From positions 1 through 50,015 of the IMG/VR virus record IMGVR_UViG_3300028595_000002: DNA of 50,015 nt; one strand, written 5' to 3'. This document shows, piece after piece, positions 12,963-20,500 of this stretch. The DNA is from a virus. Lineage: Duplodnaviria; Caudoviricetes. Each line of letters opens with the position of its first letter. Within the stretch, counting starts at the first letter, position 1. Made by a program: the position numbers and the translations under genes. The notes beneath the pieces were generated by a model. The model saw only the letters and a program-made list of their open reading frames with translations. It was not told where the DNA came from and did no database searches.

Positions 12963-13590
12963 ATGGTATGTGCAAAAAATGCACTTTCTAAACAAAAAAG
13001 TATCGATCATTTTGCCTACGCCAACAAAACGATAGAAATACCTAAAAATACACTAACCTATCAACTTGTTTTATTATAGCCTAGTTTTGCCTGTTCGGAA
13101 TTTTCCGCTCAGGCAAAAAATGCCATAACAAACAAAAAAACCCCTTGGTAGGGGAACTGGCTCAAAAAGACTTTCATTATATTAACCAGAAAACACATTT
13201 TCTATAAAAAGGTTTTACATAGCCTAAATCAACTATGTACCTTAATGATAATCTAAATAAATCAAAAATGCAAAACTTTTTACTAAATTAAAGTCAGACA
13301 TCGTCAGACAAGAAAACTACCTAGAAAATAATATAAGAACCCTTAAAAAAATTCATTCTCTACGGTGGGGAGACCTAATGAAAACCTTTGTGGGAGCTAA
13401 AGTATATTTTATAAAACCTAGTAAAACCACTAGCAAAAACAAAGAATCCTTTAAAATAGCAGTTTGGCGTTTTTAGAATTCATTCTCTACGATGGGAGAA
13501 CCTAATCGATTACGAATTCTAAGCGAAAGTTAAAATTACATAAGTAATCCTAATTTTAACCCCGTCGAATTCGACGGGTTTAAAAATATA
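12963..13590. other. Cluster of imperfect palindromes and short repeats
   Basis: Palindromes at 12970-12984, 13006-13033, 13085-13118, 13561-13578; 30-bp direct repeat at 13350-13379 and 13477-13506; GTCAGACA twice at 13293-13310. Confidence 0.8.
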
Positions 13591-13934
13591 TTTGCTCTAC
13601 TAGGGACTTAGCTTATCCATGCGGTTATATGTCGGAAATGGGGAAAAAATTATAGAGGGGGGTATATGGATAGTTCCAGTTATTCTCAATAGGGTATACC
13701 CCCCCCCTTTTTAGCACCTTATCACGTTGGTTGCCAGAATGCCAGTTCTTTAGATTTGGAAAGTATAATATTATGTGTGGTATTCTAAAACTCATTTAAA
13801 GGTTGTTTTTAGAAGACTTATAAATATCTTGGTGTGATTATACCAGAAACTTAAAAGAACCCCCTAAAAAACGATGTCAATACCTGTCTCGTTGTTGTTG
13901 ATGGATTTTTAATGAGTCGAAATGATAATAAAAT

Positions 13935-13962
13935 GGTTCACATAATATATGATATGTTAACC
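13935..13962 (+). other. dif-like (Xer recombination) site
   Basis: GGTTCACATAA-TATATG-ATATGTTAACC fits the 11-6-11 layout of E. coli dif GGTGCGCATAA-TGTATA-TTATGTTAAAT. Confidence 0.6.
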
Positions 13963-14049
13963 AACGACTAACAAGCCACTTAGAGCGAGGGGGAAAGTTT
14001 GACTATTGCTTATTTTATAGTGGTTGCTCCTCCGTTTTAGATTAGCACG

Positions 14050-14076
14050 TTGGCACCTCCGGTGATAAGGTGCTAA
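14050..14076. promoter_or_regulatory. CIRCE-like operator (second, inverted copy at 13711-13737)
   Basis: TTGGCACCT-N9-AGGTGCTAA versus CIRCE TTAGCACTC-N9-GAGTGCTAA. Confidence 0.4.
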
Positions 14077-14142
14077 TTTGTTGACTTTATGTATTTTATG
14101 GGATAATTTAGAATAAAAAAAGTTTTTATATATGTTTGAGAC

Positions 14143-14336
14143 ATCCTAAATTGTATCCTAAAGTATCCTAAATTGTATCCTAAAGTATCCTAAATTGTAT
14201 CCTAAAACCTATCCTAAAATATCCTAAAGTATCCTAAATTGTATTCTAAAGTATCCTAAGTTAACCTAAATCCTAACCTAATACATCCTAACTTCTACCC
14301 TAAAGAACCTTAATCAATATCCTAAAGTATCCTAAT
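14143..14336 (+). repeat. Tandem array of ATCCTAAA-core units (alternating 12 and 10 bp)
   Basis: ATCCTAAATTGT/ATCCTAAAGT units, about 11 regular copies followed by degenerate ones. Confidence 0.9.
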
Positions 14337-14497
14337 GTCTATTTTATAATACCTAATAGTTAATATAAGAAGTGTTGAAAGTATATTTATAGTTTATACC
14401 TTATTATGTAAAAAGTATTCTAAATTAATACTATTAAGTACTTAATAGTATTATATATAATATATTATAGTTTCCTCTCCTTCCTTCTTTATGGCTG

Positions 14498-14547
14498 ACA
14501 CGGACGTTTAGTAAGTGCTAATACACGGACGTTTACTAAGTACTAAT
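14498..14547 (+). repeat. 25-bp tandem duplication
   Basis: ACACGGACGTTTAGTAAGTGCTAAT / ACACGGACGTTTACTAAGTACTAAT (2 mismatches). Confidence 0.85.
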
Positions 14548-14672
14548 ACAAGGAAGATTCGCTCTCTGTTCCTAATCTATGACCTTTCGGAGTTTTCCTA
14601 AACCTCAAAACTTCCTTTGTTTATGCTATACTTAAGTAAAACTAAAAAAACTAAAAAAAGTATAATAAAAAC

Positions 14673-14701
14673 TTGTATTTACTAAAAAGATATATTATAA
14701 T
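14673..14701 (+). promoter_or_regulatory. Early sigma70-like promoter P1
   Basis: TTGTAT-17 bp-TATAAT with upstream A-tracts; near-identical to P2. Confidence 0.75.
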
Positions 14702-14751
14702 ACTTATGTATTCAAAATAAGAATACAAAATTTATATTTTAAAATTATATT

Positions 14752-15120
14752 ATGGAAGCTACAAAAATAAAAGAAGAAATTTCAAACTTAACTGTTAGAA
14801 AAAAGGAGACCCTAATGGGGCTTTTAGGATCGTATAAGATCCTAAAAAGACAAACGGGAGGGAGTAATTTTATTGTTCCCTCATTTAATGTTTGGTTATC
14901 CCAAATATATGGGATAGACCAAATAAAAACCAACACATTTAAAGGTTGGTTTAATGAAGGATATAAAGTTAAAAAAGGCGAAAAAGGGTATATGTTTTTC
15001 ACTAGACCCATAAAAGGGAAGGTGAAAGACAAAAAAGACGAAGAATACAGGTTCTTCAAAACTTGTTTTGTCTTCACGGAAAAACAAGTTGAAAAAAACT
15101 TAAAAGAAAAGAAGTCGTAA
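14752..15120 (+). CDS. ArdC-like N-terminal ssDNA-binding (anti-restriction-type) protein (122 aa)
   Basis: TFKGW...GYKVKKGEKG...FVFTEKQVE matches the ArdC N-terminal signature. Confidence 0.7.
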   Translation: MEATKIKEEISNLTVRKKETLMGLLGSYKILKRQTGGSNFIVPSFNVWLSQIYGIDQIKTNTFKGWFNEGYKVKKGEKGYMFFTRPIKGKVKDKKDEEYRFFKTCFVFTEKQVEKNLKEKKS

Positions 15121-15206
15121 GGCTTCTTTTTTTTTGTCTTAAATAAGCTATCTTTTAAGTAAAACTAAATAAAACTAAAAAAAACTAAAAAAACTATAAA
15201 AAAAAC

Positions 15207-15235
15207 TTGCATTTACTAAAAAGATAGATTATAAT
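15207..15235 (+). promoter_or_regulatory. Early sigma70-like promoter P2
   Basis: TTGCAT-17 bp-TATAAT; spacer ttactaaaaagatagat is almost identical to that of P1. Confidence 0.75.
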
Positions 15236-15240
15236 TGTTT

Positions 15241-15455
15241 TAGAAAGTTAGGAATTGAGAAATTCCTGACAAACTCCCAGAGGAGGCAAACCTCTCGGAG
15301 GTGTTCCTTAAAATCTTGCCGAAACACTAAGAAGGACTTAGTCTAGCGGCAAACCAGTTACTCTCGGCGGAGGGTAACACCATCCCAACAAATCAGTTTG
15401 GGGGTCTCCTTACAAGGAGGCTCTCAAATATTATTTTAGGGGAAACCCCTTTTAT
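15241..15455 (+). ncRNA. Putative structured non-coding RNA (about six hairpins)
   Basis: GC-richer than surroundings; starts just after P2; stems at 15247-15270, 15274-15300, 15316-15352, 15357-15378, 15397-15428; ends AGGGGAAACCCCT-TTT. Confidence 0.65.
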
Positions 15456-15473
15456 ATTTTTAAATTATTTATT

Positions 15474-15722
15474 ATGAATACAGAAATAAAAAAAAACCTT
15501 TTAGAGGTAAAGAAAACAAAGATTAATAATATGAAATTCTATGGGTGCAACCTGCACTACGCAAAAACCCTTAGAGTTAAATGGATTACAGAAGACATTA
15601 GACTAATAAAACTTATAAATGACTTGTTAGGGTGAAGGAGAAAAACCAACGCTTCAAAAAAGACAATAGAGGAACTAAAAATACAAATAAAAATACAATA
15701 CCGCATTAATAGAGTTTTTTAA
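15474..15722 (+). CDS. Early hypothetical protein (82 aa)
   Basis: ATG to TAA with one TGA; starts MNTEIKKNL. Confidence 0.6.
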
Positions 15723-15751
15723 ACTTAATTTTATTATTTAATAATTATATT

Positions 15752-15904
15752 ATGAATACAGAAATAAAAAACCTTGAGTTCCTAATTGATAGTAAACTAT
15801 CAGAGTTAGAAACTTTAAAGGATTTTGACGAGACTTTTAATCTTGTCAAAGAAATAAAGAGCTTGTCTGATACCTTAGACGCTCTTTATCGTAAGTTTGC
15901 TTAA
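15752..15904 (+). CDS. Early hypothetical protein (50 aa)
   Basis: Starts MNTEIKNL like the previous ORF; shares the leader motif. Confidence 0.6.
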   Translation: MNTEIKNLEFLIDSKLSELETLKDFDETFNLVKEIKSLSDTLDALYRKFA

Positions 15905-15925
15905 TTTATTATTTAATTATTTATT

Positions 15926-16582
15926 ATGAAAAATTTTAATGATATGACAGAAGACGAACAAATAAAGGAAGTTAAAAAGAATTGGTGCATCATGGAATTT
16001 ATAGCGAACCCAAGCAAAAAGGTAATTTTAGAGGCTGTAAAAAGGCACTGATACTCCATACAATGGATTCATAATCCTAGTGAAGAAGTGAAATTAGAAG
16101 CTGTAAAAAAAAATTGAGAAGCCATACAATGGATTCATAATCCTAGTGAAGAAGTGAAATTAATGGCTGTTAAAAAAAATTGATATTCCATACAATGGAT
16201 ACATAATCCTAGTGAAGAAGTGAAATTAGAAGCTGTTAAACAAATTTGATATTCCATACAATGGATTCATAATCCTAGTGAAGAAGTGAAATTAGAAGCT
16301 GTAAAACAAAATTGATGGGCTATACAACAGATACATAATCCTAGTGAAGAGTTAATGTTGGAAGCTGTAAAACAAACTTGATATTCCATACAATGGATTC
16401 ATAATCCTAGTGAAGAAGTGAAATTAATGGCTGTTAAACAAAATTGAGAAGCTATACAATATATACATAATCCTAGTGAAGAGTTAATGTTAGAGGCTGT
16501 TAAACAAAATTGAGAAGCTATACAACGGATTCATAACCCAACACAAAAAGTAAAAGATATGGCAAATTGAAAAAGTACTTAA
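15926..16582 (+). CDS. DUF4116-like 22-aa tandem repeat protein (218 aa)
   Basis: 66-bp repeats encoding AVKQNGxxIQWIHNPSEEVKLE; the conserved Gly is TGA. Confidence 0.8.
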
Positions 16583-16603
16583 TTTATTATTTAAAACTAC
16601 ATT

Positions 16604-16756
16604 ATGAATTATGAATTACAAACGATCGCTGTACAGATAGAAAAAGAAATTGTACAAAAGATCAAAGAAATAAATAGAGAAAAAGGAAGAACTATTACAT
16701 GACTTATAAGGACTTTATTAATACGTGAAATAGAGGAAAACAAAAAGGATGCTTAA
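16604..16756 (+). CDS. Ribbon-helix-helix (CopG/Arc-like) DNA-binding protein (50 aa)
   Basis: TIAVQIEKEIVQKIKE...GRTITGLIRTLL beta-alpha-alpha pattern. Confidence 0.6.
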
Positions 16757-16778
16757 TTTATTATTTAACCAAAAACTT

Positions 16779-16922
16779 ATGAACTATGAAGAAATAGATG
16801 AGGTTACCTTAGACTACAAGGAAAGATACCTATTAGCTTTAGAGGATGAGGAATTCTTAAAAGAAATAGAAGACCAAAGGGAGTTGGCTTTTATATTAGA
16901 CCCTAATACTGAAATATGGTAG
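16779..16922 (+). CDS. Small acidic protein (47 aa)
   Basis: MNYEEIDEVTLDYKERY...; D/E-rich; preceded by the shared leader motif. Confidence 0.55.
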   Translation: MNYEEIDEVTLDYKERYLLALEDEEFLKEIEDQRELAFILDPNTEIW

Positions 16923-17113
16923 AAGCTAATATTTATATATTTTCTTTCTTAGATATTGTAATTTGTTTATCATTTTACAATATCTTAATAGCTTTGCTAT
17001 TGTCAAAGTTTGGAGGTTTTAAGGCTTTCAATATATCTTTATTCTTGTTGATATATATGCTGATATTCCTTTTTCTTATCCATTGATTTTACGTTTTATT
17101 ATTAATGTATTAG
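16916..17113 (+). CDS. Small membrane protein (65 aa)
   Basis: Two hydrophobic stretches; overlaps the upstream stop. Confidence 0.5.
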
Positions 17114-17332
17114 ATGAAACTATTAAAACTAATAAGCTATATTGATTATGGCTTACGGATCTTGTATTTACTTGATATTGTTGATGTTTTGCAATATACA
17201 GATCCATTTGTAATAAAACTAGATTTAGTTGTTTATTGGAGCAATTGCGTATTCATTGGCGTATGAATAGGTGCTTTATTATGACAACTCCTAGTTTATT
17301 TAGAATTTAAAATAAAAACAAAAATATGATAA
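17114..17332 (+). CDS. Small membrane protein (72 aa)
   Basis: Hydrophobic; ATG directly follows the previous TAG. Confidence 0.5.
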
Positions 17333-17535
17333 ATACAGAAAGAGAGTTAATAATAACAATTTGAGATTTATTGATGTTTCAATTTGTAATATTATGAATA
17401 AATACATTGTTATTGTGTTTGGTAATGCATATTTACTTTGAAATAGATTTTCCCAACAGTATTGCATTATGATTTTTTGTATATGTGTTTATTACAAATT
17501 TATTATTCTACACTATACCTTATTTTAACTTATAA
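17326..17535 (+). CDS. Small membrane protein (69 aa)
   Basis: Two hydrophobic segments. Confidence 0.5.
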
Positions 17536-17544
17536 AAACAAAAT

Positions 17545-17694
17545 ATGAAAACAAAAAGAGGTACTAAAAGCAGGGTAAAAACATGCCCTTATTGTGGAGG
17601 TAAAACACTTAGGGCAGGTGTTTGCTCCTTATGTTATTATAATAACAAACTAAAAGGAAATTTAACTGATCCTTTATTTAAGGATATATTATAA
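17545..17694 (+). CDS. Small basic zinc-ribbon protein (49 aa)
   Basis: CPYC-x9-CSLC. Confidence 0.55.
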   Translation: MKTKRGTKSRVKTCPYCGGKTLRAGVCSLCYYNNKLKGNLTDPLFKDIL

Positions 17695-17709
17695 TTTAAT
17701 AAAAACAAA

Positions 17710-17976
17710 ATGAGAACTAAAACTTTAAACAATCCTAAAAAGGATTTTCTAAATCAAAAAGAATTGGAATACTTATTTTATATGAGTTGGAGAAGTATTT
17801 GAATCCATCTACAAAAATATATTCCAAACACCATAAAAAGTCATCAAAGGCACTATAAGAAAAAAGACCTATATGAATTTATAAAGAAATACAAAGATAA
17901 ACCTAGAATTAAAGCTCTGAACTGGGAGATGTTCAATAAAGAATTTGCAGATTTCCCAAAAATAGAAAAGAGCTAG
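17710..17976 (+). CDS. Excisionase/MerR-like HTH protein (88 aa)
   Basis: FLNQKELEYLF...RHYKKKDLYEFI pattern. Confidence 0.5.
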
Positions 17977-18188
17977 TACACCAACATACGTACTAGCCCT
18001 CTATAAGCATATGAACCAGATCACTGGCTCGACCAAACGTCTTGGTAAAGACAGTTCATTAAATTTGTTAATCTTTTCCTATGCGGTAATCAATTAACAA
18101 AAACAATATATCTAAGTAAGTTAAAGTAACAAGTGAATTAAATGTTTTTACCTTGCACGTTTGCTCGTTTATTTATTAATAACTAATT

Positions 18189-18287
18189 ATGAACACACTT
18201 AAAGTATTAAAAATCTTCTTACTTTGAATTTTTGGTTATTTCTTAGTTCTAACCCTAGCGTACATTATTACAGAGTTTATTTTTTAG
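18189..18287 (+). CDS. Tiny single-TM peptide (32 aa)
   Basis: MNTLKVLKIFLLGIFGYFLVLTLAYIITEFIF with A/T-rich leader. Confidence 0.4.
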
Positions 18288-18363
18288 TGGTTGCTCGTAG
18301 GAGGTTTTTTTAAGATCCTAACCGTAAAAAGTCAATGAAAAGTTTTGAATTTTTAGGAATTAA

Positions 18364-18470
18364 TGTTATAATAGAGTTGCAAACAATTTAAAGATAAGTT
18401 AAAATATTAGAGTCTTTTGACTAGGTATTGTTTGCAAAACTTATCGCCTAGTCAGAGGACTTTTTTATTT
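18364..18470 (+). promoter_or_regulatory. Extended -10 promoter plus attenuator-like leader of the replication operon
   Basis: TGTTATAAT at 18364; 15-bp stem 18411-18425/18447-18461 followed by a U-tract; loop complementary to 18377-18387 and 18393-18400. Confidence 0.6.
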
Positions 18471-18486
18471 GTTAATTTTGATTATT

Positions 18487-18945
18487 ATGGAAAATGAAAG
18501 GATGTTAAAGTATTACGAAAAGAAAAATTGCTTTAATGAAGTAATATCCAAAAAATATTATTTATTTAACAGGAGTTGGATTAATCCAACATTTCAAGAG
18601 TTAACAGGATTAGAGCATGTACTAAAAGAAGGTGCTAAAGTGCTACCTTGTATATATTGCTATTTAAAAAGCCTAGACATAGCAATAGAAACGAATAATG
18701 TTCCTTTTATTGAAGTGCCAAAAATATATTTGGAAAGTATGTTGGTGTATTATTATCATTTCGAAAAAAACAAGGCAAGAGTAACTTTAAAAAAATGATT
18801 AAAAATCCTAGTAGAAACAGGGTTAATAAAAACAAAAAGAATTTGGTTTGGTAAAAATATAAAAATTAAGATTTATAATGGTAAACTAAGGTCTTATATT
18901 GATAAATATCGGAAAGATGAAGAACCTATTAAATTTGATTTTTAA
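18487..18945 (+). CDS. Winged-HTH protein upstream of the initiator (152 aa)
   Basis: Track ORF extended through TGA; TLKKGLKILVETGLIKTKR wHTH wing pattern. Confidence 0.6.
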
Positions 18946-18981
18946 GGGGCGTTTGCTCCTTTTACTCCTTAATAATGAATT

Positions 18982-20175
18982 ATGAAATCTGATAACAAAA
19001 TAAAAGGTTACTGTGTAATACCAGTTGTAATACTAAATGATGAAAACCTAAAAGCAAAAGAACGCCTTCTTTATGGCAATATTTATAGTCTATGCCGTTC
19101 TTGTTGATATTGTCGGGCAACTAATAAATATTTAGCAGATCTAATAAATGACTATTCTTGATGAAAAAAAACACACAAAGATACAGTTTCTAAATATATA
19201 GCTAGTTTACAGAAAGCTTGATATATCAAGTGTGAGTATGTATACGAATGAAAGAAGATTAAAGGTAGAAAGATCTATTTAATGGGTGTAACAGACCTTG
19301 CAACATGAATATATTATGAACTATCAGAGGAAGAAGTAATGACCAGACTAACTACTAGGTCTACAGAGCTAGGGGGGTATAGCTCTACAGATCATGAGGG
19401 TATAGCTCTACAGATCAAAGGTAACAAGATAAACAATAACAAAATAAATAATAAAAAAGAAAAAGAGGTCTCTCTTTCAAAAGAAGAAGAAAAAACACTT
19501 GCTAATATTAATTCTAACCCTAGCAAAAACTCTAAAGAATCTAAGGAATCCCCCATCTCTCTGGATGTAGCAAACGTAGAAGAAGCTCAACAGTCTGTAC
19601 AGACTACAAGTAACCCCTTACGTGTGAACAAAGAAAAGAAAAATTGCGTTAAAAGAAAAGAAATAAAGTCATTGCTACCAGTAGGCACTACAGCAGAAAA
19701 CATAAGCGATGAACAATTTCAAGAGCTTTGTAGAAAATTTAGGACTCTATCAGAATGAGATAGAAAAATTTTGCAAGAAAAACTAAAAAGTGTTAGCATT
19801 AAATTAATAGAATACTGGAACGATAAATCAGATGAGTTTATACCTTGAACCAAAATAAAATATTGAATATGAAAAGTAAGATTATCCGCACCTTGAACAC
19901 AAAAAAAAGTATATGATGGATTATATACCTTGTTAATAAAAGAGAAATTTACGCTTAAAGACCTTAAACATTGTTTAGTTGTTTATTTGTCTGAATTAGA
20001 GAAATCCCCAGATAGGTTTCGTATTTGATGACTTGTAGCATTTATAACACAAAAAAACTGAATGAAATTAAAAGTCACAGAAAGCATAACAGATAAACCA
20101 AAGCAAAAATACTCACAATTCAAACAAGACACAAAAAACGACCCATATTGACGTGCAATCAGAATAAAAGGATAA
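18982..20175 (+). CDS. Replication initiator (HTH_36 / lambda-O-like, 397 aa)
   Basis: VIPVVILNDENLKAKERLLYG..GYC(CGG)ATNKYLA; internal iterons. Confidence 0.8.
19375..19417 (+). repeat. Iteron-like direct repeats inside the initiator (putative origin)
   Basis: GGGTATAGCTCTACAGATCA twice, 23-bp period, followed by an A-rich tract. Confidence 0.6.
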
Positions 20176-20245
20176 ATCATACCTAAGAGTTTCTAAGTCT
20201 TCTAAAAACACCCTTTAAATGAGTTTATAATATAAAAAAACAAAA

Positions 20246-20500
20246 ATGAAAAATACATATGAAGATTTTACAAAATGTATAGAATGTAAGAAGAAATATT
20301 TATTTTGAGAAGTTGATAAATGTAAGAAATGTGGAAGTACTAATTTTGTAGAATTTATTTACATCTGAAAATCCAGATACAATATTTATATCAGATCTGT
20401 TAAGTTAGATAAGGGAGTTTTTATTACAAAACTAACAGCAGAGCAATTATTCCCTAATAAAACCGACTATGTTCAAGGAACAACTAAAAAAAACTGCTAG
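20246..20500 (+). CDS. Zinc-ribbon protein (84 aa)
   Basis: CIEC...CKKCGS. Confidence 0.6.

Noticed and set aside
12963-13079. Functional 38-aa gene
   Set aside because: Only a short DinD-like fragment lying next to the divergent terS promoter; treated as part of the palindrome cluster
14143-14336. Telomere-like (CCCTAA) repeats or a eukaryotic insert
   Set aside because: Internal location, ATCCTAAA core with 10/12-bp alternation, entirely phage context
15241-15455. tRNA or suppressor tRNA (also checked 28075-28178)
   Set aside because: No cloverleaf with a TTCGA T-loop, D-loop GG or 7-nt anticodon loop recognisable
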